Below, piece by piece: positions 7,059 through 16,034 of a stretch of DNA of 20,000 nt. Below the pieces are notes generated by a model. The model did no database searches, was not told where the DNA came from, and was given only the letters and a program-made list of their open reading frames with translations. Numbering within the stretch: position 1 is the stretch's first letter; the number at the start of each line of letters is the position of its first letter. The DNA is from an uncultured virus (IMG/VR IMGVR_UViG_3300009786_004548). Taxonomy: Duplodnaviria; Heunggongvirae; Uroviricota; Caudoviricetes. The stretch lies in IMG/VR virus record IMGVR_UViG_3300009786_004548. One strand, given 5' to 3'. The translations under genes were made by a program, and so were the position numbers.

Positions 7059-8006
7059 TTATTCTAATTTAGAAAGTTCAATCAAAATCTTCTCATACTT
7101 TTCATTTATTTTTTTAGGAACCTCCAAAACAACGTCTACTATAAGATCTCCCACTCCCCCATGACGAGCATCAGGAAAACCAAGACCCTTGAGTCTAAAT
7201 TTAGTTCTATTCGCAGTCCCGGCAGGAACATTGATGGACACCTTTCCGCTATTCAATGTGGGGATTTCTAATTTGTCTCCTAATACCAATTGAGTGTAAG
7301 AAACAGGTACATCCAAAATCAAATTCTTATTATCTCTAAAAAAAATAGGATGATTTTCTACATTAACAGTTAAATAGAGATCGCCATTTGTTTCTTTCCC
7401 AATATTTCCTTGACCCTTAACCTTAAGTTTAGACCCTTCCAGAATTCCTTTAGGGATACTGACACTAATTGAGCGATCATCTAATAAAAATTCACCTTTA
7501 GAGTCGCATTTAGAACAAACCCCTTTTCTCATAACCCCTACGCCCACACAATCAGGGCAAGTAACCTGCATTAAAAATGGCGGATTCGATACCTGTACCA
7601 GCCCTTTTCCTTTGCAAGAAAAACACGCCAAACATTCCTCCGCACCATGTCCGTTACACTTATCACAAAAATTTGCTCTCTTATAAGTTACTTCTTTTTT
7701 ACATCCAAAAAAAACATCATTTAAAGAAATGGTGATTTCAGAAGAAACATCTCTACCACGAACACTAATATCACTCCACGAAGAATAAAAGGGATTCCCA
7801 ACATGGGAACCCCTTTTATCATATTTCAACCGCCTGTCCGGGTCGCCCAAAACATGATGCGCTTCATTTACTTGCTTGAATTGATCAACAGCATCAAAAT
7901 CTTTATTTGTATCAGGATGATACTTTCTTGCTAACGTGCGATACGCAGACTTGATTTCATCAAAAGTTGCTTCTTTTGAAACCCCAAGAACTTCATAATG
8001 ATCCAT
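7059..8006 (-). CDS. dnaJ: DnaJ chaperone (J-domain, zinc-finger region, C-terminal domains; G/F linker nearly absent)
   Basis: HPD motif, four CxxCxxxG repeats (CDKCNGHG, CFSCKGKG, CPDCVGVG, CSKCDSKG), GDLY and GDLIV motifs. Confidence 0.95.
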   Translation of the reverse strand: MDHYEVLGVSKEATFDEIKSAYRTLARKYHPDTNKDFDAVDQFKQVNEAHHVLGDPDRRLKYDKRGSHVGNPFYSSWSDISVRGRDVSSEITISLNDVFFGCKKEVTYKRANFCDKCNGHGAEECLACFSCKGKGLVQVSNPPFLMQVTCPDCVGVGVMRKGVCSKCDSKGEFLLDDRSISVSIPKGILEGSKLKVKGQGNIGKETNGDLYLTVNVENHPIFFRDNKNLILDVPVSYTQLVLGDKLEIPTLNSGKVSINVPAGTANRTKFRLKGLGFPDARHGGVGDLIVDVVLEVPKKINEKYEKILIELSKLE

Positions 8007-8341
8007 TATTCTTCAATAATAGCCTTAATGTTCTCAGGCTGCACAATGCCTTTAGGACGATGACTATCATCATACTCAGGAAGAGGCACAAAAGTTCCCT
8101 GCAAGAGGACACGATCACCAACCTTCATGCCAAAGTCTTTACCTTCAACATGTGGCCCCATATGCAAAATGTACGCCTGAGGAGCGCCCAGTTGCACATC
8201 GTCTTGAACAACCAAAGATGTTCCTAACGCCTCTTGCGCCGTAAGCATCTCCACTAAAACGCCTCTCCCCGTTGGTACAATATTCTTAATTGAAGGAACG
8301 TTACTCAACACATTGCCTTCAGCATCCGTCAGATTACTCAT
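8006..8341 (-). CDS. GroES/Cpn10-like co-chaperonin (phage gp31-like)
   Basis: IVPTGRGVLVE...ILHMGP...GMKVGDRVLL...NIKAII pattern. Start at 8341 is supported by a GGAG Shine-Dalgarno and an ATGA overlap. Confidence 0.8.
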   Translation of the reverse strand: MSNLTDAEGNVLSNVPSIKNIVPTGRGVLVEMLTAQEALGTSLVVQDDVQLGAPQAYILHMGPHVEGKDFGMKVGDRVLLQGTFVPLPEYDDSHRPKGIVQPENIKAIIEE

Positions 8342-8784
8342 TTTATTCTCCATTGATTGTTTAAGTTGTTAATTCCGTCAGAATGAAACTCTTCCCAAGA
8401 AGACTGCGGTTTCATAGTATCAGTCTTAGTATCAGTCCAGAACGTATCCGTAGGCCAAGAACCTGCTATGGCGGTAAACTGATTAATGTCTTTCGCATCC
8501 ATTCGAATGTCATTACTTCTATAATCCACATCTTCAAAATTAAGTAACATTTGTGGATTATTAAAATATTCAGTTGTTATCGAAGTCGTCTCGTAAATTC
8601 TAGTTTCACCGTCCTCGATGACATTTGATTTTATAGAAACCTCTGGTTCTTTGCAATGCTCTTTTAATATGTCGGAAATAAAAGATTCTTTAAGTTCCAA
8701 CGAGCCACTCCACCCCTCTTCATAAACCTTGTCAAGAATATCCACTAAATCCTTCTCTTCAAAATAATAAAATTTATTAGGCAT
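8338..8784 (-). CDS. Hypothetical protein
   Basis: ATG at 8784 lies just after the ugd stop. Contains a short 12-bp duplication (8415-8437, TDTKTDT). Confidence 0.7.
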   Translation of the reverse strand: MPNKFYYFEEKDLVDILDKVYEEGWSGSLELKESFISDILKEHCKEPEVSIKSNVIEDGETRIYETTSITTEYFNNPQMLLNFEDVDYRSNDIRMDAKDINQFTAIAGSWPTDTFWTDTKTDTMKPQSSWEEFHSDGINNLNNQWRIK

Positions 8785-8786
8785 AA

Positions 8787-9719
8787 CTAATCTCTTTCTG
8801 AAACTGCACGGCCAATCAAGTTTTCCCAATCCTTTTCAGGACGTACTTCTAAATTAGTTAACCATGCGCCATAAAGTGTGTTGCATTTTACATCAAGTTC
8901 ATATGCCTTAGACAATAAGGCATTTAAATCTTTCGGAAAACAAGACCCCCCAAAACCCATTTTTCCATCAGGACCAGGCACAGACCAATGAGAGCTACCC
9001 AATCTTTTATCTTTGACTGCATATTCTACTACCTTGTCATAATCTACATCCAAAGAATCACAAACTTGCTTAATTTCATTAGCAAAAGAAACCTTAGTTG
9101 CTAAAAAACAATTTGTAGTATATTTGACTAGCTCTGCTATTGTGGAACTAGTCTTGGTCACCGGAACATTGGGATAAGCAGTTGCATACAATTGCTTTAT
9201 GACTTTTGTTGCCTTCCTAGGCCCACCGACAATGATTCTATCCTGTGATTTAAAATCTTCTAACGCTGTTTTTTCAACTAGGAACTCTGGGTTGTAACAA
9301 ACATAAACATTTTTATATTTTTTATTAAACGCCTCGGTCGTGCCTGGAATGACCGTAGATTTAATTACAACAACAATTTTCTTGCCAACAGACTCGCCAA
9401 GGCTATCTAACTCAGAAACAACAGATTCAACAATGCTTAAGTCACAAGTAGCATCCTTCTTCATAGGAGTTGGTACCGCAACGAAAATTGGCCCATCAAC
9501 ATCTTCAACGATTTTCTTTATAGGGTTTTTATCTTTAGTTGGACACGAATAAGATTCAACATCTTCTTCATAATGAACAACAGTCTGTTTTTTTGGCCAA
9601 ACCCTTACAGTAGGATCAGGATATTTTTTATCATAAGTCACTACATCAAAAGCATGCACCAATCCATCACGAATCGCCGTGCCAACAAATCCTTGCCCAA
9701 TTATACCAATATTTTTCAT
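8787..9719 (-). CDS. ugd: UDP-glucose/GDP-mannose 6-dehydrogenase family protein, short form lacking the C-terminal UDP-binding domain
   Basis: GIIGQGFVG, VAVPTP, IKSTVIPGTT, NPEFL, AELVKYTTN and catalytic GFGGSCFPKD. ATG at 9719 overlaps the ALDH stop (TAATG). Confidence 0.9.
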   Translation of the reverse strand: MKNIGIIGQGFVGTAIRDGLVHAFDVVTYDKKYPDPTVRVWPKKQTVVHYEEDVESYSCPTKDKNPIKKIVEDVDGPIFVAVPTPMKKDATCDLSIVESVVSELDSLGESVGKKIVVVIKSTVIPGTTEAFNKKYKNVYVCYNPEFLVEKTALEDFKSQDRIIVGGPRKATKVIKQLYATAYPNVPVTKTSSTIAELVKYTTNCFLATKVSFANEIKQVCDSLDVDYDKVVEYAVKDKRLGSSHWSVPGPDGKMGFGGSCFPKDLNALLSKAYELDVKCNTLYGAWLTNLEVRPEKDWENLIGRAVSERD

Positions 9720-11242
9720 TAGCTTTTCATCCCCTGTGCCCACTCAACTTCTTTTTCATAGTTAGTAGTAACAGATATTTCTTCTGTGACCGCCTGATAT
9801 GTACCTGCGGCAGACTTCCAGCCATTGCCGCTTTTTCCAATACCTCCAAACGGCAAATGACTCTCTGCGGCAATGCTACCACCATTGATGTACAACATGC
9901 CAGTATTACATTCTTCCTCAAGAATGCGATGTTTTCTAAAATCGTCGGTGACAGCCCCCAAAGCCAATCCATATGGGGTGTCATTATAAATTTTAATGGC
10001 ATCATTCAAATCATCAAAAGGAACCAACGCCACATGAGGCCCAAACACCTCTTCTTTCAAATAAGATCTTGTGCACGCCTTGCATCCTAATTCATCAACA
10101 TCATTCCACCATTCTGCTTGATAAACGAATGGCGACAAGAAATTACCATCGGATGTTTGAAAGTGACCGTCTCGGCTGTCCAAAAGAACATTAACATCTT
10201 CACTAGATTCACTTGCAGATCTAACTTGAGAATTATAACTTTCAACTTTCTCCAAAGCATCATGAGAAATTAAAGGCCCATAATATACATCATCATCTAA
10301 AAACACATCTCCTGTGCGGAGTTGAGATGCTGCCTTAGCAAAGGCAGAACAAAACTTATCATAAATACTTCTTTGAATTAATATTCTGCTTGAAGAAACA
10401 CATCTTTGTCCCGACAATTTAAATGCACTGGCTACAGAAACTTCTGTGGCAAGATCAAAATTCCCATCTTCAAAAACCATCGTGGCTGATTTGCTGCCCA
10501 TCTCACAAGAACAGGTCTTATGCCATGTTGTCGCACAATGTTTTCTTATCTCCTGTCCTACTTCCGCACTGCCTGTGAATAATATGCAAGAGACATCATG
10601 ATTAGAAACTAAATTTTTACCTGTTTCTTCCGCACCGTGTATCAAATTATAAACCCCATCAGGGAACCCAGCTTCACCATACAATTTGGCCGCCATTTGC
10701 GATGTCATTGGCGTTAATTCGCTAGGCTTGTGTACCACACAATTGCCCTCTGCAATTGCAGGTGCCGCAGACCAAAAAGAACCAATGGCCAATGGAAAAT
10801 TCCATGGAGAAATTACTGCCACAACACCTTTGGGCTTGCGAAAAACCCTTGCTGATTTACTTGCCAACTCGGAACCAACCAACTTTCCATATGGAAGTCT
10901 CCCTGATCCCGCAACATACTGACACATATGCAAGGACTCTATCACTTCGGCATATGATTCATTTCTGTTTTTACCTGTTTCATAGGAAATAACATCCGCC
11001 AACGCAGAAGTATCTCTCTTAATCAATTGAGATAATCTATCAAAAAGATCAGCCCGATTAACTCTACTGACATGTTTCCAACTTTTAAAAGACTGTTTCG
11101 CAACAGCTACGGCATCAGAAACTTCACCTTTCCTAGTTAAAGGAAATTCACCTAAATGACTTCCATTGGCTGGGCTACTGACAGAAAAGTCAGAACGATT
11201 TGGCAAAAATTCGCCATTAACATAATTCATACCGATATACAT
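9719..11242 (-). CDS. NAD(P)+-dependent aldehyde dehydrogenase
   Basis: SPWNFP, KPSELTP, FTGSAEVG, CEMGSKS (catalytic Glu), SGQRCVSSSR (catalytic Cys), EEVFGP and PFGGIGKSGNG. Confidence 0.96.
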   Translation of the reverse strand: MYIGMNYVNGEFLPNRSDFSVSSPANGSHLGEFPLTRKGEVSDAVAVAKQSFKSWKHVSRVNRADLFDRLSQLIKRDTSALADVISYETGKNRNESYAEVIESLHMCQYVAGSGRLPYGKLVGSELASKSARVFRKPKGVVAVISPWNFPLAIGSFWSAAPAIAEGNCVVHKPSELTPMTSQMAAKLYGEAGFPDGVYNLIHGAEETGKNLVSNHDVSCILFTGSAEVGQEIRKHCATTWHKTCSCEMGSKSATMVFEDGNFDLATEVSVASAFKLSGQRCVSSSRILIQRSIYDKFCSAFAKAASQLRTGDVFLDDDVYYGPLISHDALEKVESYNSQVRSASESSEDVNVLLDSRDGHFQTSDGNFLSPFVYQAEWWNDVDELGCKACTRSYLKEEVFGPHVALVPFDDLNDAIKIYNDTPYGLALGAVTDDFRKHRILEEECNTGMLYINGGSIAAESHLPFGGIGKSGNGWKSAAGTYQAVTEEISVTTNYEKEVEWAQGMKS

Positions 11243-11279
11243 TTTTTAATCCTCAACATTCAAACGATTCGTTTTACCA

Positions 11280-11696
11280 TCATCCGCAACCACCTGTGCT
11301 ACAACCGCCGGTTCCACAACCGCCAGACTCAGCACCATCACTACCATCACCAGACTCCTTAGGAGAAAAACTTGACCCACATCCGCAAGACTTGGCAGCG
11401 CCTGGATTGTTAAAAACAAACCCACGCTTATCAATTCCGCTATAAAAGTCTATGACTGTCCCTTGCAAATAGGTTGCACTCTTTTTATCGACAACAACTT
11501 TAATATCTCCTTGTTGATCAACATAATCTTCATCCTCAGACGCCTCTTCTTCTTTTATAAAATTAAGAAGATACTGAAATCCAGAGCAGCCGCCACCTTG
11601 AAGTCCGATACGAAGGGCAGAATTTTCTAAAGATTGCTCTTCCATTACTTTTTTTATTTCAGATGCAGCCTTCTCGGATATTTCTACAGGAAACAT
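11280..11696 (-). CDS. iscA: A-type Fe-S cluster carrier (IscA/HesB/ErpA family) with Cys/Gly-rich tail
   Basis: LRIGLQGGGCSGFQY, VDKKSATYLQGTVIDF and FNNPGAAKSCGCGSSF. Confidence 0.93.
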   Translation of the reverse strand: MFPVEISEKAASEIKKVMEEQSLENSALRIGLQGGGCSGFQYLLNFIKEEEASEDEDYVDQQGDIKVVVDKKSATYLQGTVIDFYSGIDKRGFVFNNPGAAKSCGCGSSFSPKESGDGSDGAESGGCGTGGCSTGGCG

Positions 11697-11715
11697 ATTT
11701 AACCCCTAATTTTTA

Positions 11716-12981
11716 TCAATGCCAATAACTTACAAAGTAACATTTCCCATTTTTTTCACCAAGAATTATAGGATTTATAATTTCACTTATGGTTAAAACG
11801 AAATCCGTTAACTTCTTACTTAACTGAGCGTGCGATCCAGGAAATTTCAAAAAAAAACTAGGAGTTATAACACGATAACTATCAAAAATAGCCCTACCCC
11901 CCGTAGCGGGATGAGATTCTAAAAGATTTATGATATTTTTAACTTTCTTGCTAGCCAACGGCCAAAAATCATGCAAAGGATACGATCTGGGGCTATACTC
12001 GCAGCTTTCGGTTGTCGGATAGAGTTCAGATTCTAAGGTTGTCGGATAGAGTTCAGATTCTAAGTAAGATAAAGGTTTTAATAGGCTATGGTCGATCACT
12101 CCGTCATTGGCAGCAACTTGAGAACAATATAAATTAACTATATTGTTTAAGATTTCTAAAAATCGCTTAGACTTAAATACATTAATCGAAGCAATCATTT
12201 CGCTGGACGACAAGGCGTTCGTCAACTCTGTGTTTGACGATTTAAAAGGAGCGTATTCATAAGAATGAGTTTTTGCCAATATAGCCGCTGCCGAAGTCAT
12301 AGTTATTCTTCTAAAACCATGATTTGTAACTCCATATAAGTTTTCAAAAGTTTTAGCATTTTTCCTTACCTCATCCCCTAGAAACTGACATCCCAACCTG
12401 TCGTAGACACTTGCTTTTGATTTGGCTTTAGACAAATACATCTCATAATGTTTTCCATTAATATGAAAAAAATCAAAATTAGAGGAGACACTCTGCCATT
12501 CGCTAAAATCTCTTGAAAGCAATGTTGATAAAGATATGCTTTGAACCTTTTTATTTTGTCTCAGATTATTTCTTTTTTTATTACACGAAACAAATCGCAT
12601 ATTGAGAAGATTAACAGATGGAGAATCTATTTTTTTTAAAACTTCAAACCAACGATTTTTGGTTTTAATATACCGACAAAATTCAAAAAACAAATCTAAG
12701 TCAGTTGGGCGACATTTATTCAGTTCGTTTAATGCAACATAAAGATCGTGCATTCGATTTAAATCATCCAAAACTGGTGAGAACAATTCCTCTAAATGGG
12801 GATGATCTACATCAATTTCAGAAAAAAAATTATAAAATCTAAGAAATTCTTCTTTACTTAAAATCTTCTCATAAAAAGAATAATTAAAATCATCTAAAAT
12901 ATTTAAAAAAACATTTTTTTTGATTTTCTTAGACTTTTTAGTTGATGAGGTTATTTTATTATACAGCTTAATAAACTGCAT
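11716..12981 (-). CDS. Hypothetical protein (421 aa)
   Basis: Long ORF with GGAG Shine-Dalgarno. C-terminal NPIILGEKNGKCYFVSYW. No family recognised with confidence. Confidence 0.8.
   Translation of the reverse strand: MQFIKLYNKITSSTKKSKKIKKNVFLNILDDFNYSFYEKILSKEEFLRFYNFFSEIDVDHPHLEELFSPVLDDLNRMHDLYVALNELNKCRPTDLDLFFEFCRYIKTKNRWFEVLKKIDSPSVNLLNMRFVSCNKKRNNLRQNKKVQSISLSTLLSRDFSEWQSVSSNFDFFHINGKHYEMYLSKAKSKASVYDRLGCQFLGDEVRKNAKTFENLYGVTNHGFRRITMTSAAAILAKTHSYEYAPFKSSNTELTNALSSSEMIASINVFKSKRFLEILNNIVNLYCSQVAANDGVIDHSLLKPLSYLESELYPTTLESELYPTTESCEYSPRSYPLHDFWPLASKKVKNIINLLESHPATGGRAIFDSYRVITPSFFLKFPGSHAQLSKKLTDFVLTISEIINPIILGEKNGKCYFVSYWH
12010..12063. repeat. Perfect 27-bp tandem duplication (GGTTGTCGGATAGAGTTCAGATTCTAA)x2
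   Basis: Read directly; encodes LESELYPTT twice. Confidence 0.95.
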
Positions 12982-12998
12982 CGTAAATCTCCATTAAT

Positions 12999-14624
12999 TC
13001 ACACCCTCTTAGATAAACCTTTTGCCATTCTTTCTAAGGCAGGGGAAATATCTTTAGGGTCAACAATAGCATTAATTATAAAAAGCTCTTTGCTTGCCAA
13101 AGCTTGCTCAAACGCTTTGTCCAAGTCACCTTCCGTCTCTATCTTTACTCCATCGCCACCATTTAACATTTCAGTTATTTTATGATATTCCCAATTTCTA
13201 ATGTCATTAAAAGGACCGTCCAACAAAAATCTTTCTGTTGTATACCCCCCATTATTAAGAACGATAATAATAGGATTAAGATCATTGTCAATACAAGTAC
13301 TCAACTCTGTGCATGACATTTGAAATGCACCGTCCCCCAATATCGCAATTGCCCTATAATTAGGAGCAGCCATCCCCAGTCCAAGAATGCCAGGTATGGC
13401 AAATCCCATAGAAGTATAAAAAGCAGGTGAAAGAAATTGATTGCTGTGGTGGACTCTTAAATCAATTGCACCAAACAAAGAATTGCCTATATCGCAAACT
13501 ATTGCCATGTTTTCGTCAAGAATAGAACCTATTTTTTCAAAAATTCTAGTTGAAGTCAAAGCATTGTTTTTCACAGATTTATATTTTTTAACTTTAATCT
13601 TAGGAACGTCAGGGTTGGGCTTTTTAGTTATTTCAGATTTAAACAAACCACAAACAAAATCCTCAAAAACAACATCTGTATAAACATGATTTTTAACTTT
13701 CAAAGAATCAATAGAGCAAGAAACCGTTCTCCTTTTTTTGAACTTGGATGGCATAAAACCAAGCGTCATATCAGTCAACATTGCTCCAAACATTAAAAGA
13801 CAATCAGAATTTTCAACGGACTCTTTAACCAATTGTTCACTAGTGTTGCCTGCATAAACTCCTAAAAACAAAGGGTGAGTTTCACTTATTACTGACTTGC
13901 TCAATAATGTGCTTGCGATGGGTATATTGGTCTTCTCTGCGAATCGAACCAATTCCTTTCCAAGGCCAAAACGAGCAAGTTCAACACCGGCTAAAATAAC
14001 AGGATTTTCAGCACCCTCAATCCAATCAACAACCTCCTCAAGAGATTCATTTAAATTCTGAACATCACTTTCAGGGGATTTAGGAGTTCCAAGCTTGACA
14101 TCATACCCAATTGGCTTGTCGGCTATATCTCGTGGAAGCTCAATGTATATTGGTTGCTTGTAATAATGAAGAGCCTCGAAAACCCTATCAATTTCGTAAC
14201 CAGCAGTCGCAGGATTGTCTAGAACTACACTTGCACATGTTATGTTGTCAAATACTTCTTTTTGACTCTCAAAACTTCTAACCATATGATGCAAAAGAAC
14301 TCCGCTCTCACGCTCCTTAACCCCAGGAGACCCACATATAACTATCAATGGAGATTTCTCAGCAAAGGCACAAGCGGTGGCGTTAACTACCTTCAATCCA
14401 CCAACGCTATAAGTCACACAAACACAGCCAATTCCTTTAATCCGAGAATAAGCGTCAGCAGCAAATCCAGCATGGCTTTCATCGGTTGTATTTATAAGAT
14501 TTATATCTTTAGACTTGGAAAGCTTATTGTAAAAATTTAATACATAATCCCCAGGCAGACCAAAGACATGCCCGACCTTAGCGTTCTCTAGCCGCTCGAT
14601 TAAAAAATCAGATACGGAAGGCAT
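12999..14624 (-). CDS. ThDP-dependent 2-oxo-acid decarboxylase (pyruvate/indolepyruvate decarboxylase family)
   Basis: FGLPGDY (catalytic Asp), TTDESHAGFAADAYSR (ThDP-activating Glu), LLHH (HH motif), ThDP-binding GDGAFQMS...NNGGYTTER. GGAGG Shine-Dalgarno. Confidence 0.94.
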   Translation of the reverse strand: MPSVSDFLIERLENAKVGHVFGLPGDYVLNFYNKLSKSKDINLINTTDESHAGFAADAYSRIKGIGCVCVTYSVGGLKVVNATACAFAEKSPLIVICGSPGVKERESGVLLHHMVRSFESQKEVFDNITCASVVLDNPATAGYEIDRVFEALHYYKQPIYIELPRDIADKPIGYDVKLGTPKSPESDVQNLNESLEEVVDWIEGAENPVILAGVELARFGLGKELVRFAEKTNIPIASTLLSKSVISETHPLFLGVYAGNTSEQLVKESVENSDCLLMFGAMLTDMTLGFMPSKFKKRRTVSCSIDSLKVKNHVYTDVVFEDFVCGLFKSEITKKPNPDVPKIKVKKYKSVKNNALTSTRIFEKIGSILDENMAIVCDIGNSLFGAIDLRVHHSNQFLSPAFYTSMGFAIPGILGLGMAAPNYRAIAILGDGAFQMSCTELSTCIDNDLNPIIIVLNNGGYTTERFLLDGPFNDIRNWEYHKITEMLNGGDGVKIETEGDLDKAFEQALASKELFIINAIVDPKDISPALERMAKGLSKRV

Positions 14625-14642
14625 CTATCCTCCAAGTTAATA

Positions 14643-16007
14643 TTAATAGTTCTCCGAAATTGGCGAACTTGTTATTTCAACAAAAAAACCTTCCTTATTT
14701 TTGGGGTAACTGCGCACCCATTCTACCCCATCCGAAAGACCACAGCCAAAATCAGTCACCGCAAATGACGAATCAGTAAAGGCTTGGCCATATACTACAG
14801 AATTATCAGATTCAACTCCAGTCGTGTTTAATACGACCGATCCATCATTTTCTGATGTGCCCGTCTTATAATCTGGATCAACCACATGATTGTTTCCAGT
14901 CCATTGAGTAGAAGGAAGCAAAAAAGTTCCCGTTTCAGGATCATACGACAACGGAACAGAACTATCTGTTGCGGAGGTACCCGTATAATATACACCGGAT
15001 ACTTGATGAGTTTCTCCCGCCCAACTTCCTCCTTGCAAAAAGTATAATATCTCCTGCATTTTAATCAATTTAAATTCAAATAAATAGCAACCAGACAAGC
15101 AAGTGTCATTGGCTTTCCAATCATAAAGGACATCGGCCTCAACAAGAGTGCTTTTTGAAGTTCCATCTACTTGAATAACATCTTCAAAAACCAACTCAAC
15201 ATCAGCAGAAGAATTTAAAACTCTAAATATTTTTAATTTGGAACCCTTCTTCCATGCAAAAGCCTCTGTGTCGTTATAAGACCTTTGGACGCTAATCAAA
15301 CTATTTGTTTCATCAAAGGCCTTTACCAACATGTGCTCAGGCCGTCGAGCACGTTCCATAATTATGACATCGCCAACCATTACCTGTTCAAAACCAATAT
15401 TATCAGCCAAACTTAAAGAAAGACTAGGATCTACTCCTCCTGTAAAATCAACTTTAGACATACCAGCAGCAGGATCGGTCAAAGCAATAGCTGCATTTCC
15501 AGCAGTACCAGAAGCAAGTTGTGTTATTGTCACCACTCCATTGCTGGCAGTAGCAATCAATTTAGAATTGGCATTTAAACAAGTTGCCAAATTAACAGCA
15601 GTAGAGGCTTCGCTGGCATCCACTATTGCCCAAGTTGGAGAATTTGTATTAGTGGTTGTGGTAGCTCCTCCATTTGCTGTAACTGTTGCCGTTATTACAG
15701 TTCCGTCAGTCGTAGTAATGGTAATATAATGAGTGGTTGCAACCAAATTTGCTTCTTCAACAATAGTGACTGTGCCTGTCGCTTGGGTGCCTGCTGTGAG
15801 TGCGCTCTTTAACTTGGCCTCAGCCCACATATTGGCTTCTGCGATAAGCCCATGAATGTTCAAAGGGCCTTTACAGTCTACAAGAGACACCTTGAATGAA
15901 GGCTTGGTATCAAACCTTTTAATTTGAAAATCAGGGCAATACGAAGTTGTAGGACAACCCGTTTTATTATTGCAGCTACCAGAGGTATTCGATGGATAGT
16001 TAATCAT
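14643..16007 (-). CDS. Probable virion/baseplate protein with a split BppU-N-like domain and inserted modules
   Basis: FQIKRFDTKPSFKVSLVD...VLYDWKANDT..SGCYLFEF...SYPKNKEGFFVEI resembles the BppU-type pattern. It is interrupted by a Thr/Ala-rich module and a 40-aa internal repeat. Confidence 0.65.
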   Translation of the reverse strand: MINYPSNTSGSCNNKTGCPTTSYCPDFQIKRFDTKPSFKVSLVDCKGPLNIHGLIAEANMWAEAKLKSALTAGTQATGTVTIVEEANLVATTHYITITTTDGTVITATVTANGGATTTTNTNSPTWAIVDASEASTAVNLATCLNANSKLIATASNGVVTITQLASGTAGNAAIALTDPAAGMSKVDFTGGVDPSLSLSLADNIGFEQVMVGDVIIMERARRPEHMLVKAFDETNSLISVQRSYNDTEAFAWKKGSKLKIFRVLNSSADVELVFEDVIQVDGTSKSTLVEADVLYDWKANDTCLSGCYLFEFKLIKMQEILYFLQGGSWAGETHQVSGVYYTGTSATDSSVPLSYDPETGTFLLPSTQWTGNNHVVDPDYKTGTSENDGSVVLNTTGVESDNSVVYGQAFTDSSFAVTDFGCGLSDGVEWVRSYPKNKEGFFVEITSSPISENY

Positions 16008-16011
16008 GCTA

Positions 16012-16019
16012 TTATATAT
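16012..16019 (-). promoter_or_regulatory. ATATATAA element 4 nt upstream of ATG 16007
   Basis: Minus strand reads ATATATAA-TAGC-ATG. Confidence 0.55.
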
Positions 16020-16034
16020 AGCAATGAATAACTT

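Noticed and set aside
8787..9719. ugd as a pseudogene because it is short
   Set aside because: Catalytic motifs are intact, the stop is clean and coupled to the next gene, and no remnant of the C-terminal domain was seen downstream.
11246..11434. 62-aa hydrophobic ORF overlapping iscA in another frame
   Set aside because: Almost wholly inside a conserved gene, with a weak start; the hydrophobicity arises from the Gly-codon-rich tail read out of frame.
15331..15729. 132-aa plus-strand ORF
   Set aside because: Antisense shadow of the Thr/Ala-rich module; no RBS or recognisable motif.
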